Shown here in pieces: positions 1-10,417 of a stretch of 64,000 nt of DNA (position 1 is the first letter of the stretch; each line of letters begins with the position of its first letter). The notes under the pieces were generated by a model, which was not told the origin of the DNA, did not search any database, and saw nothing but the letters and a program-made list of their open reading frames with translations. Source of the stretch: Meyerozyma guilliermondii (taxonomy: Eukaryota). Both the position numbers and the translations under genes were made by a program. The DNA lies in assembly GCA_051546255.1 (NCBI GenBank), contig CP128817.1, positions 496,001 through 560,000 of the forward strand, written 5' to 3'.

Positions 1-68
1 TCAAAGTGTGTTTCTTTGTCATTTTTACCTCACTAGTGATTCTTCAGTTCCCCTAATTTGTTTGAAAA

Positions 69-1376
69 ATGGGACGGAGAAAGATTGAAATCGAGCCAAT
101 TACGGACGAGCGAAACCGGACAGTGACGTTTGTCAAGAGAAAGGCAGGTCTCTTCAAAAAAGCTCATGAATTGGCGGTTTTGTGCCAGGTTGATCTCGCG
201 GTCATCATCCTTGGAAACAACTCCAAAGTGTACGAATACAGCAGCGTTGATACAGACGAGCTTTTGAAGACATACAAGCATATTGACATCAAGTACGAGG
301 CCAAGTCGCCGGAAGATTATGGTGGCTACAAGAAAAAAAAGCATGTTGGAGGTGCTCCACTTATGGGCAATATTGGTGATTATGCCAACGATGAAGACGA
401 AGATTCGGAGGCTGACTACGACTCATCCACTCCTCCTAGACGTAAGAAACGGAAGCGGGAGCTGGAACCCAGCATTCCTATCCGAATAGGTCGTCCATAT
501 GGCGAGTCTGACCAAAGCTCAGTCGCCCCGCCTGCGCCTCCCCAGGTTCATGTGGACCATGTGGCCCACCAAAGGCCTGTATTGAGAGTGCAAATTCCTT
601 CTGATGTCAAGGGTAAGATCGATGATAGCGCAAAGACCATTACTGCCATTGATGTTACTCGACAAGAAACTCCAGATAATTCCAATCTGGCAGTCAGCGA
701 CAATAGTGATCGCAATGCCAATGGTAATACAACTCCCAGTATCAGAACCAAGTATTTGGACTCGTTCAAGCCAAATGATAGCCATAAACCTACATTGCCG
801 TTGCCAGTCCAGAGTAAGAATCAACTCAGTCCGTCTAGTGCAACGGCACCTGGATTACCAGCAAGTGCCATGGCTCCTGGTTTCTATGGTCCACTTCCAC
901 AGCCTCTGCCCGTAGGTGGTCCTACTTCGGGACAGCCGTACCAATGGCAGGTTCCTGGAGGTCCACCATCAGCTCAGCATTCGCCGTCTACACAAAATCT
1001 TCCCAAAATGCCCAATCCACCATTCAATAATTACAACAAATTACGACCTCTTCATGGCCAACAGTATCCTGTTTCTGTGCATCAGCCTTCCGGGGCTCCT
1101 GTAATGGGGGCAATAAATAACAATTCGGGCGGAGATCAGACTCCACAATCGGGACTACCATCTCGTTACGTTGACCTTTTTCCATCTCCATCAAATTTTT
1201 ATCCTCCTCAAGACTGGCCCCAACCAGGTATGACCCCCATGACCAATGGTATGCCTCAGTACTTTAATATGATGCCATCTGGTGGTCCATGGCAAGGCCG
1301 ACCTACACCACAGCAGGGAAAGCTGGAACCACTGCCGTCGCTGATGTATGAAGTCTACGATAAAAAAAAGGAATGA
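69..1376 (+). CDS. RLM1: MADS-box (MEF2-type) transcription factor, cell-wall integrity
   Basis: N-terminal [43 protein letters not shown] box; MAPK docking-like [11 protein letters not shown]-rich C-terminus. Confidence 0.9.
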   Translation: MGRRKIEIEPITDERNRTVTFVKRKAGLFKKAHELAVLCQVDLAVIILGNNSKVYEYSSVDTDELLKTYKHIDIKYEAKSPEDYGGYKKKKHVGGAPLMGNIGDYANDEDEDSEADYDSSTPPRRKKRKRELEPSIPIRIGRPYGESDQSSVAPPAPPQVHVDHVAHQRPVLRVQIPSDVKGKIDDSAKTITAIDVTRQETPDNSNLAVSDNSDRNANGNTTPSIRTKYLDSFKPNDSHKPTLPLPVQSKNQLSPSSATAPGLPASAMAPGFYGPLPQPLPVGGPTSGQPYQWQVPGGPPSAQHSPSTQNLPKMPNPPFNNYNKLRPLHGQQYPVSVHQPSGAPVMGAINNNSGGDQTPQSGLPSRYVDLFPSPSNFYPPQDWPQPGMTPMTNGMPQYFNMMPSGGPWQGRPTPQQGKLEPLPSLMYEVYDKKKE

Positions 1377-1498
1377 GATGTAAACTAGAGAGAGAAGCTA
1401 AGGGTTGAACATGTAACATTATAAACTCGTGTAACAATACAAGGTAGTAGTAAGTCGTACAGTTCTACTTGATATCCTGCATTTGCTTATCTTCCTCG

Positions 1499-1597
1499 TT
1501 AGGGCTCTGCCCTGGCACGGGACCACTACCACAGATCCCCGCGACCCGCCGTCCTGTATACAGTTCTCAGAAAAAAAGACTAGCACGAAAATTTTCA
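1499..1597. promoter_or_regulatory. RPS6 promoter: Tbf1-like imperfect palindrome and RRPE-like element
   Basis: TTAGGGCTCTGCCCTGG at 1499-1515; GAAAATTTTCA at 1587-1597. Confidence 0.45.
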
Positions 1598-1635
1598 GTT
1601 CACTTGTTGAAGTCTCAGGAATAGGAATCACCAGC

Positions 1636-2450
1636 ATGAAGGTAAGTTTCCACATTATGGTCCATATAACTCGAAAGATATACCAGCCCGTGCTATAGCC
1701 AAGTCTAAATGATCGATAGGATTTTTATCTTTGATACTAACTCAGTTAAACATCTCTTATCCCGCTAACGGTACCCAAAAGAGTATCGACATTGACGATG
1801 AACACAAATTGAGAGTCTTCTACGAGAAGCGTATGGGCCAAGAAGTCGAAGGTGACTCTGTCGGTGACGAGTTCAAGGGTTACATCTTCAGAATCACTGG
1901 TGGTAACGACAAGCAAGGTTTCCCAATGAAACAAGGTGTTATGCACCCAACCAGAGTTAAGTTGTTGTTGGCCAAGGGACACTCTTGTTACAGACCAAGA
2001 AGAACCGGTGAGCGCAAGAGAAAGTCCGTTAGAGGATGCATTGTTGGTCAAGACTTGGCTGTTTTGTCTTTGTCCATTGTTAAGCAAGGTGAAGCTGACA
2101 TTGAGGGATTGACTGACACCACCACTGCCAAGAGATTGGGACCAAAGAGAGCCAACCACATTAGAAAGTTCTTTGGTTTGTCCAAGGAGGATGACGTTAG
2201 ACAATTTGTTGTCAGACGTGAGGTTGTCAAGGGTGACAAGAAATACACCAAGGCTCCAAAGATTCAACGTTTGGTTACTCCTCAAACCTTGCAAAGAAAG
2301 AGAGCTTTGAAAGCTAAGAAGATCAAGAACGCTCAACAACAAAGAGACGCTGCTGCTGAATACGCCCAATTGTTGGCTCAACGTTTGCACGAACGTAAGG
2401 CCGAGAGAGCTGAGATTAGAAAGAGAAGAGCCTCTTCCTTGAAGGCTTAA
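1636..2450 (+). CDS. RPS6: 40S ribosomal protein S6 (eS6); exons 1636-1641 and 1746-2450
   Basis: ATG AAG|GTAAGT...TACTAAC TCAG|TTA AAC gives the canonical [11 protein letters not shown] start; ends KRRASSLKA. Confidence 0.98.
1642..1745 (+). other. Spliceosomal intron of RPS6 (104 nt)
   Basis: GTAAGT donor at 1642, TACTAAC at 1735-1741, CAG acceptor at 1743-1745; splicing restores the frame. Confidence 0.95.
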
Positions 2451-2498
2451 ACGTATACACTCGGGTATATGTATTAATAAATTGTACGTACTTTGGTA

Positions 2499-3623
2499 TC
2501 ACTGTCGTTTGGCAATTCTTTTGATATTATCGTAGACTTGATCTGTAGTCAAATTGGATGCATATTTGAAATTCTTTTTGATATAGTTGTCTTGTTGTTC
2601 CTGGTATCTTGGGTCTCTTAGGAGACTTTTTAGGTGTGAATCAAATTGCAGTTCTGGTACCATAATACCACTGATGGGACACTTGATAGTTGGTTCAGTT
2701 TTTTGGTGCTTTCGAAGTCTAGACTCACCAGCAGCTTTGATCTTCATACCTGGTATTTTCGCGGCTGCTTTATCTGTTGAAGTCTCCTTTTCTTTTTCAT
2801 CTAGGTCATTTTCAGCAGGGCGTTTGCGAGAGCTCAATACATCGTCCTGGCGAGTTTCTAATGATCGGTAGATCACCTCGTTTCTAGTAAGAGGAGGCGG
2901 CAATTCACTCACCTCGTCAATGACATCAAATTCAAGCTTGCCCACAAGGGAGAAATCCTGCCAGTCAATGGATGCAAATCGAGTCTGACGTTCTTGTTGA
3001 GCCACCTTTTCATTTCTTGATCGCATTCGATTTTGTTTGCGATGAAACGCTCTTTTATAAGCATCCAGTATTATTGAGTAGTCGGGTGAAAGCAGCAGGT
3101 CTACAAGTTGTAGATCAGCCTTAAATTTCTCATCATTCAAAGACAATTCGTCTTGGAGTTGTGCACGCAATGAGCAGATGGCTAGTCTGTACTGGTACAC
3201 ATAAGCCTGAAAAACTCCATTCAAGGAATGCCTACTATCAAGAAATCCAAACTGAGCGCCACCATTGCGCCCACGTTGATGTGAAAGTAACTTTGACCCA
3301 TATTCTGGACCGTTTCTAGCAACGAAGAGGGCTGCAAGTTTTAAAATATCGAGATCATATTCGGAAATCGGTGGGATATCGATCTTGAAAAGTATTTTAC
3401 GTGCTTCCTCAACCGTCTCTTTCACTTCTATGTCACCAGTCTGAGTCGGAGTAGTGGCACTATTGAGTCTTTGCAAATACTCATTGTGATGAGCATCGTC
3501 TGGATTGAGGAAACTGAATTTTGGATTACCACTATTTCGTAGTCTCTCTTCAAACGACGGTCCGTTTTTTCGTATGTACCCCACTGTCTTTTCTATCGTG
3601 GACAAAACTTGGGGGTCGAACAT
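2499..3623 (-). CDS. PRP21: SF3a splicing factor subunit (SURP domains)
   Basis: Two SURP modules (IEKTVGYIRKNGPSFE; ILKLAALFVARNG), FASIDWQDF, HLKSLLRDPRY. Confidence 0.9.
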   Translation of the reverse strand: MFDPQVLSTIEKTVGYIRKNGPSFEERLRNSGNPKFSFLNPDDAHHNEYLQRLNSATTPTQTGDIEVKETVEEARKILFKIDIPPISEYDLDILKLAALFVARNGPEYGSKLLSHQRGRNGGAQFGFLDSRHSLNGVFQAYVYQYRLAICSLRAQLQDELSLNDEKFKADLQLVDLLLSPDYSIILDAYKRAFHRKQNRMRSRNEKVAQQERQTRFASIDWQDFSLVGKLEFDVIDEVSELPPPLTRNEVIYRSLETRQDDVLSSRKRPAENDLDEKEKETSTDKAAAKIPGMKIKAAGESRLRKHQKTEPTIKCPISGIMVPELQFDSHLKSLLRDPRYQEQQDNYIKKNFKYASNLTTDQVYDNIKRIAKRQ

Positions 3624-3735
3624 TATTAAATTTATGAGTTATTTCAGGTTGTTTCACTTACTTCGGTGCGTGTACCGCGATGCGGTTGGGTGCACCGAGG
3701 GCCAACTTTCCAGTGCGATCGGAGTGACTAGCTAT

Positions 3736-5751
3736 ATGTACCGATACACCAAAAATGATCCTGTGTCGTCTGATTCCGACGTGGACTCTCTAGCTGATGA
3801 ACTAGACCAGATCGGAAGGCTCCATCTTAATATCTCGCTTCCAAATATGCCCAACCTCAACTTATCATCATATCTTAATCGCGATAATTTGTCACTTCCG
3901 ACCTTTGATTTACCCACCTTACCCAACCTACCCAAGCTTCAAGACTTGTCTAATGAGATTTCCAGATACATATCGACCTACAAGAAAGATCCTGAAAAGC
4001 AGGAGTTTGCTAGTTCCATCCGAACGGCGGTGACGAGTCGGCTTCAAATGAATGAGTTTTTGTCTGATTTAAAGAATGGTCTTTCGTTGAGTGCAGCCAT
4101 TGAAAGATTACAGCCATTGACCAATATCATACACGAAACAATAGTACTACCAGCTGAGGACGAATCCTCGGATATAGATGATGACGACAAAGAAACTGAA
4201 CCCGGAGGAGTGGACGCAGTTGTCACAAAAAACCACCCTGTTTTGCATGATTTGGTGATCCCAGAAAACGAAGAGGGCCACCGCCACACTCGTGGACGCC
4301 ACCGCATAAAGTCAGCACGCCATGTTTTGTCCGACACTGATAGTTCTGCTTATGCTAGTGACTTGGATGTGGAGGAACTCACCTCGGAAGAGGCCCGTGC
4401 GTTGACCCATCTTGATACATTGGATGAGTTTCGTGACGAAAAGATCCTTCGGCAACGAATCCAGACGATTACCGACCATAAAGAATTGTCACAAAAGCTG
4501 AAAAATAAGTTAGTAACTCAATTAATGTTGGGGAATTATTACAAAATCGTTAATGAAAAACTTAAAAGCGAAGACCGTGCACTCTTAAAGGGTTTGAAAC
4601 AACAGGAGCTTGTCGTACCTGAAGACACTCCTTTGGACAGCAATGACGCTGATGCCATGGATGAAGACGATTTTGTTCAGCTCACTCCAGAAGACACCAA
4701 ACCATCATATCACGACGCTCCAGTAAACTCCATACTAGGATGCCAGCACTACCAGCGAAACTGTAAGATTGAGTGTCCAACGTGCCAAAAATGGTACGTT
4801 TGTCGTTTTTGCCATGATGAAGAATCAAACCACAAATTAATTCGCTCCGAAGTTAAACATGTTCTCTGCATGCATTGTGGAACACCTCAAGTTCCCGACG
4901 AGAATTGCTGTGTCGATTGTGGCCAAGAACTTGCTCGGTATTTTTGCTCCATATGTGTGCTTTACGATAACGACGCTACAAAAGACATATATCATTGTGA
5001 CAAGTGTGGCATTTGTCGTTTGGGACTAGGATTAGACAAAGATTACTTCCATTGCGACGAGTGTAACATATGTCTAAGCATAGATCTCAAAGAGCGACAC
5101 AAATGCTTGTCCAACAATACTCATTGTAACTGCCCAGTATGCAACGAGTACCTATTTACATCAGTCAGTAAGGTTGTGTTCATGAAATGCGGCCATCTGA
5201 TCCACCAAGCATGTTATGACGAGTTGAGTAAGCATTCTTACAAGTGCCCAGTGTGCAAGAAAACAGTGGTCAATATGGACACTCAGTTTCGTATTTTGGA
5301 CCAAGAAATCAGCCAGCTGCCTCTTCCTGCTCCCTATAGCAACTGGCGTTGTATCATCAACTGTAATGATTGCAAAGGTAAATCCAATGTGCCGTATCAT
5401 ATTTTGGGACTCAAGTGCAAATACTGCAAAAGTTATAATACCAACAAAGTCAAATTGATCAAACCTGAAGAGGAACAAGAGGAAGAAGAGCAAGAGGAAA
5501 CCACCTCCGTGCCTATGTTATTATCGCATACCAATCTTGAGAGCAATTTTCGTTTTGAAAGTGGAACCGAAGGTGGACCTGATGTTACTAGTGAAGGGGA
5601 CGAAGATGAGGACGAGGAAGACGATACGCAAAACATTGTCAATTTGCGAAGTTTGGTAGACTGGTCCCCTCCACCTGTACCAGTTCAAAGAAACATATCA
5701 TCCATAACCTCGATTCTACAAGGATTCGTAAATAGTGCAACCAGAGAATAA
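3736..5751 (+). CDS. CHY zinc finger / RING E3 ligase (Pirh2/RCHY1 family)
   Basis: LGCQHYQRNC CHY motif, CTCHY Cys clusters, RING CPVC...CGHLIH...CPVC, C-terminal zinc ribbon; ATG 3736 chosen because upstream starts overlap or abut PRP21. Confidence 0.88.
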   Translation: MYRYTKNDPVSSDSDVDSLADELDQIGRLHLNISLPNMPNLNLSSYLNRDNLSLPTFDLPTLPNLPKLQDLSNEISRYISTYKKDPEKQEFASSIRTAVTSRLQMNEFLSDLKNGLSLSAAIERLQPLTNIIHETIVLPAEDESSDIDDDDKETEPGGVDAVVTKNHPVLHDLVIPENEEGHRHTRGRHRIKSARHVLSDTDSSAYASDLDVEELTSEEARALTHLDTLDEFRDEKILRQRIQTITDHKELSQKLKNKLVTQLMLGNYYKIVNEKLKSEDRALLKGLKQQELVVPEDTPLDSNDADAMDEDDFVQLTPEDTKPSYHDAPVNSILGCQHYQRNCKIECPTCQKWYVCRFCHDEESNHKLIRSEVKHVLCMHCGTPQVPDENCCVDCGQELARYFCSICVLYDNDATKDIYHCDKCGICRLGLGLDKDYFHCDECNICLSIDLKERHKCLSNNTHCNCPVCNEYLFTSVSKVVFMKCGHLIHQACYDELSKHSYKCPVCKKTVVNMDTQFRILDQEISQLPLPAPYSNWRCIINCNDCKGKSNVPYHILGLKCKYCKSYNTNKVKLIKPEEEQEEEEQEETTSVPMLLSHTNLESNFRFESGTEGGPDVTSEGDEDEDEEDDTQNIVNLRSLVDWSPPPVPVQRNISSITSILQGFVNSATRE

Positions 5752-6256
5752 ATCATGTCGCAGCCAAACGGCTCGATATGCAGCATAATCCCGAACGGGA
5801 ATCCGGTGACATCCTCACACCCATACTTTGTTCGATAATTCAATTGATACCGAACCGAACGGCAACGTGCACTGAAAACGTGGTCCATCACTATTTAGTT
5901 CATATACAGTGACCATATTCAAATTGTACTGGAATACTCACAATCAGCATCCTTTGACCTCGATACCCAAGTTTTGGCATCCCAGGTATTTTTTTTGGCC
6001 CAAAAGTTGGGCCCATCTGCACACCATCTGCAGGATTGCGATATATAAATATCCGACCGTGGTCATTAGTGGGGTATATTTAGAGAGGTTTAAAACAACT
6101 GTAGAGCGGGTCAATTGCTAAAAATCTACCCTAATAACTAATTTAGCATCAAATCGGTATTACTCGAGAATCGAGATCTGGTTGTTTATTTCATTTTCCT
6201 TATAGCATCGGTATTGTGGTTCCCTGCTTTGCCCTTAAAACAACAAGTATGCATCC

Positions 6257-7372
6257 ATGAATAGTGTTAAAATATTGGTCGGTTCACTTGACCATTACTA
6301 TCCCGGTGGCGGGGCCTCGGGATCCGAAAAAAACGAAAAAAATGATCCAGAAACACCGGAACGAGACACCCTCCAAGACTCCGATGATACTCGACCGGAA
6401 GAATATTCTATATACACCATATCCGAAGACAACCAGGAGTCTGAAAATGTGGAAGAGATGGAGAAAAGTACTAGAGCCCGGAGCTGTTGGTCGATCTTGT
6501 ATGTTATTCCTCATTTGTTGGTTGTCAAACCATTGATGTTTTTGTGGTGGATAATCAGCTTCCCGTTTGGCTACCTATACGATTTGTTGGTACCACCCAA
6601 GCTAGAGGTGAACAGACAGAGCCTTGACGAAAAAACCGAACTTTTGAAGCAAGAAAATATTCTTTCCAACACTATCAAATCTCCCACAGCGTCTTCCAAA
6701 TACATCATTCCTCCCCCTCAACGGCTCTTCCCATTATCCAGAAATCCTGGAAAGAAAAAAAAGCGGAAAACACTCATCTTAGACTTGGACGAGACACTAA
6801 TTCACTCCTTGAGTAGAGGGTCTCCTCGATCTTTCTCGGGCTCATCTTCACTGGTCCATATGATCGAGGTGAAAATCAACAACGTTGCCACGTTATACTA
6901 TGTACACAAGCGTCCATATTGCGATTTCTTTCTTCGTGAAATCGCCAAATGGTATGAACTACAAATCTTCACCGCCTCGGTCCGTGAGTATGCAGATCCA
7001 ATCATAGATTGGCTCGAAGGCGATATAAGTGCTCGCATAAATCCTCATGATCCACATAGTACACCACAGAAAGTGTTCACAAGACGCTACTACCGCCAAG
7101 ACTGTACTTACCGTCCTGGAGTCGGATACATCAAAGATCTTTCCAAGTTTTTCACAAAGGAAGATGATTTGAAAAACGTGGTTATTCTAGACAACTCACC
7201 CGTGAGCTACGCCCTTCACGATGACAATGCTGTGATGATCGAGGGGTGGATTAATGATCAACGAGATCGAGACTTGCTCAATTTGTTGCCGGTGCTTCGC
7301 AGCTTAAGCTTATGCATCGATGTACGATACATTTTGGGAATGAGAAGTGGAGAAAAGTTATTTGAAAGATGA
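6257..7372 (+). CDS. NEM1: Nem1-Spo7 phosphatase catalytic subunit (FCP/NIF HAD family)
   Basis: DLDETLIHS motif, VHKRPYCD, IFTAS, ILDNSP, N-terminal hydrophobic segment. Confidence 0.88.
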   Translation: MNSVKILVGSLDHYYPGGGASGSEKNEKNDPETPERDTLQDSDDTRPEEYSIYTISEDNQESENVEEMEKSTRARSCWSILYVIPHLLVVKPLMFLWWIISFPFGYLYDLLVPPKLEVNRQSLDEKTELLKQENILSNTIKSPTASSKYIIPPPQRLFPLSRNPGKKKKRKTLILDLDETLIHSLSRGSPRSFSGSSSLVHMIEVKINNVATLYYVHKRPYCDFFLREIAKWYELQIFTASVREYADPIIDWLEGDISARINPHDPHSTPQKVFTRRYYRQDCTYRPGVGYIKDLSKFFTKEDDLKNVVILDNSPVSYALHDDNAVMIEGWINDQRDRDLLNLLPVLRSLSLCIDVRYILGMRSGEKLFER

Positions 7373-7412
7373 GTACATGAATAGACGACTAGACATACAT
7401 ATGACACCCACC

Positions 7413-7458
7413 AGTAACTTTCACTTGAAGTAATTTTCACTTAAAGTAACTTTCACTT
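7413..7458. repeat. 16-bp tandem repeat, 3 copies
   Basis: AGTAACTTTCACTTGA / AGTAATTTTCACTTAA / AGTAACTTTCACTT. Confidence 0.85.
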
Positions 7459-7530
7459 CTTGATCTCATTGCTGCAAAGTACCTCCATTACACCGGCTCT
7501 ATTTTTCAGCACCGCTAGTCACAGTGGATC

Positions 7531-9117
7531 ATGAACATCTTGCACAATATCTCGAGACTCGACGAGGATTCACCAGATCTTTTAACGCACCTCAAGACCT
7601 TGGGAGATGAGTTGCGATCAGAACAAGTTCGAGAGCAGCTTGGCCAAGAGCCAACATTTTTCATAGAACAATGTTGTAGATTCATGAAAAGTGAAGAAGT
7701 GGCGATGGAAACGGTCAGAATTTTGGTCAATTTTACTGCCGATAGCGATCAAAACCGATTGGTTGTAACTGAGAATGAACAATTGATGAGTATCATCGAG
7801 TCAAACTTGGGTGGTGGTAGCCCTTTCAACTTGAGATTGAGGTATGCCATTCTTTTGAGTCAATTTATCCGCAACACCGAACTTCAGGCAACTTTTATGA
7901 ACACCTTTTATGATTTTGGTATTGCAGATGCATTATTCGATGCCTTGGACCAAGATTCACAGCTTTTGGATATTCAATTGGAGATAGAAGCAGCCATAGT
8001 TTCATCTGCCATTGATAAAATTATTGTAGACTCCAATTGGCAACGGAAAGCAATTGAGTGGACTCAGAAACTAGTGGAAATCTACCAAACACAACTCCAA
8101 GCCGGTGATGATAGCATGATACTTGAAAGTGTTTCTTCGTTGTTATACAACTTGACGAAATTTGAGTCGGATCCGGGATTCAACAATACGAACATTTCCA
8201 CGGATATTTTAAAGCTTCTACCCAAGGTGCCTGCAATAGAGAACGAAACAATGATACGAAGACGCTTATTTGGTGCGTGTGGCAACATCTCGTCCATGAA
8301 TGGGTACGACAATAAAAAAACACTAAGAACAATGATTACTTTGTTCTTGGATTCAGAGGATCCATACAGTGCGGGTGCTTGTGCCGTAAACTTGGGCAAC
8401 ACAATCAATGGAGCTGAAACAAAATCTAACTTTTTGGAGAGTGTTGACCTCAAAGATTTCCTTGACAAGTTTTTCTCCATACTATTCAATGACGTGATAC
8501 AATTTCAAGCTTTGCATGTCCTCAACAATCTGATGACAGAATCGATGTCCAAGATTATATTGGAAGACCATTACCAGGCCTTATTACGTATCAGCAAAGT
8601 CATCATTGACAACGCACAATACTATCGTGAGGTGTTGGCCATCTACTTGAAGTTTCTTACCAAACTTGTTCGATCTCTGTCTTTACAACTAGCGTCATAT
8701 CAAGATCTCTGGTTTGATGTGGAACGCTGTGATTCCCCAATTGATGTTGGAATATTATTTGCCTTGATAGGGCTGACTGAGTACCTGAATGGTCGCTTTG
8801 ACTCGTCGCATTTTCACAATACACTTATGAAGCATTTGATGTCATTTTTACCCGAAGCACCTGCTATATACTACGATGAAAAAGTTAAATGTTTGGGTAT
8901 ATTTCTTGTCAAAATTGGAATTGACAAACTCAATTATGACGACTATGCAAAGCTTTTGTCATCTTTCGCAAATCGTGACTTTCTGGGCAATTCAGTGGTG
9001 GCTAACAATTTAAAGTTTGTGGCTGCAAAAACGTTGGAAACGGGCAATTCCAAAGAGGAACTAGGCGATCTCGAGGCTATATGCCGGAAAATCATTGCGG
9101 GGCTGAACGGCAATTAG
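7531..9117 (+). CDS. BEM4: ARM-repeat SmgGDS-like Rho chaperone/GEF, Bem4-like
   Basis: RILVNFTADSDQNR, GACGNISS and CAVNLGN ARM-like motifs. Confidence 0.65.
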   Translation: MNILHNISRLDEDSPDLLTHLKTLGDELRSEQVREQLGQEPTFFIEQCCRFMKSEEVAMETVRILVNFTADSDQNRLVVTENEQLMSIIESNLGGGSPFNLRLRYAILLSQFIRNTELQATFMNTFYDFGIADALFDALDQDSQLLDIQLEIEAAIVSSAIDKIIVDSNWQRKAIEWTQKLVEIYQTQLQAGDDSMILESVSSLLYNLTKFESDPGFNNTNISTDILKLLPKVPAIENETMIRRRLFGACGNISSMNGYDNKKTLRTMITLFLDSEDPYSAGACAVNLGNTINGAETKSNFLESVDLKDFLDKFFSILFNDVIQFQALHVLNNLMTESMSKIILEDHYQALLRISKVIIDNAQYYREVLAIYLKFLTKLVRSLSLQLASYQDLWFDVERCDSPIDVGILFALIGLTEYLNGRFDSSHFHNTLMKHLMSFLPEAPAIYYDEKVKCLGIFLVKIGIDKLNYDDYAKLLSSFANRDFLGNSVVANNLKFVAAKTLETGNSKEELGDLEAICRKIIAGLNGN

Positions 9118-9197
9118 CGGTAGATGGCGGTTTTACACGGGCCGGCCCGGAGTAATGAAAAATTATAAAGTGGGTGGTTTTCAGAGGATCAAAAATA

Positions 9198-10406
9198 ATG
9201 ACAGTGGAAACGGCATTTGCTAATGTGGAGGCGTGTCCTGTGGATCCAGTTATGGATATCATGGATAAATACTCCCGGGACACCTATCAGAAGAAAATCG
9301 ATGTATCTGTTGGAGTGTACAAATCGGAAGATGGTTCTGTCTTTACATTGCCCTCTATTAAGGAGGCGAAAAGACGACTTGCTGCCAATGATCCTGGTCA
9401 TAGCTATACCAATATGAGGGGAATTCCTGAGTACATTGAAGGAGCTAGAAAAGTGATTTTTGGACCTGCAACCTCGACAACAATTGCATCTGTGCAGACA
9501 ATATCTGGTACTGGTGCCATACACATGGGCATGGCATTTCTCAATAAAATCCAGAGAACCAAGTACGTTATTGGAGTTCCAGCATGGGATAATTATATAC
9601 CCATGGTCAAGCATATGGGAGGTGAAGTTCAGACATATAGGCACTACGATCCACAAACGGGAAGAGTTGATTTTGATGCTTTGCTCACCGCAATTAGAGA
9701 GGTACCTGCTGGATCAGTTTTTATTTTGCAAGCCTGTTGTCACAATCCTACCGGTGCTGATTACTCTAGAGAACAGTGGGAACAAATTGCGTCTGCCATT
9801 TCCAAGTACAATCACTTTACATTGTTTGATATTGCTTATCAGGGATTAGCAAGTGGTAGTCTTGATGAAGATGCTTGGCCTGTTCGCTACTTTATGGACC
9901 AAAAAATGGAATTTATGGTGTGTCAATCGTTTTCCAAAAACTTGGGTCTCTACAGTGAACGAGCAGGATGCTTGCATGTTGTCGGGCGTGATTCGGTACA
10001 TGTTCAGAATGTTCAGTCTCAATTGGTATCTCTCTTCCGCTTGGAATGCTCGTTTGCACCTGCTTTTGGAGCTCGGTTGGTGGCTCAAATAACCAACGAT
10101 GAGAAATTGAGATCACAATGGCTTGAAGAAGTTTTCCAGATGTCTGCAAGAATTAAAAAAATCAGGCATATTATTATGGACAAACTTGTGAAGCTTGAAA
10201 CTCCTGGAAAATGGGACCATGTTGTCAAACAAAAGGGCATGTTTTGGTATTCTGGATTATCACAAAATCAAGTCCGCATGTTGATTGATGATTATCATGT
10301 GTACATGACTCTTAATGGTAGAGTGAATGTCACTGGGTTAAATTCTAGCAATATCGATTACTTTTGTCGGTCGATAGACCAAGTGGTTAGAACTACATCG
10401 AAATAA
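9198..10406 (+). CDS. Aspartate aminotransferase (class I PLP), divergent paralogue
   Basis: VQTISGTGA, CCHNPTGAD, DIAYQG, CQSFSKNLGLYSERAG (PLP lysine). Confidence 0.93.
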   Translation: MTVETAFANVEACPVDPVMDIMDKYSRDTYQKKIDVSVGVYKSEDGSVFTLPSIKEAKRRLAANDPGHSYTNMRGIPEYIEGARKVIFGPATSTTIASVQTISGTGAIHMGMAFLNKIQRTKYVIGVPAWDNYIPMVKHMGGEVQTYRHYDPQTGRVDFDALLTAIREVPAGSVFILQACCHNPTGADYSREQWEQIASAISKYNHFTLFDIAYQGLASGSLDEDAWPVRYFMDQKMEFMVCQSFSKNLGLYSERAGCLHVVGRDSVHVQNVQSQLVSLFRLECSFAPAFGARLVAQITNDEKLRSQWLEEVFQMSARIKKIRHIIMDKLVKLETPGKWDHVVKQKGMFWYSGLSQNQVRMLIDDYHVYMTLNGRVNVTGLNSSNIDYFCRSIDQVVRTTSK

Positions 10407-10417
10407 AAAATGCAATA

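Noticed and set aside
1746..2390. 214-aa antisense ORF over RPS6 (similar ones over MDH1, SHM2, NUP2, BUD27 and TED1)
   Set aside because: Shadow of the codon bias or low complexity of the sense gene; no motifs
3505..3735. N-terminal extension of the CHY-RING ORF overlapping PRP21
   Set aside because: TTG start inside an antisense gene and a divergent promoter; ATG 3736 is more plausible
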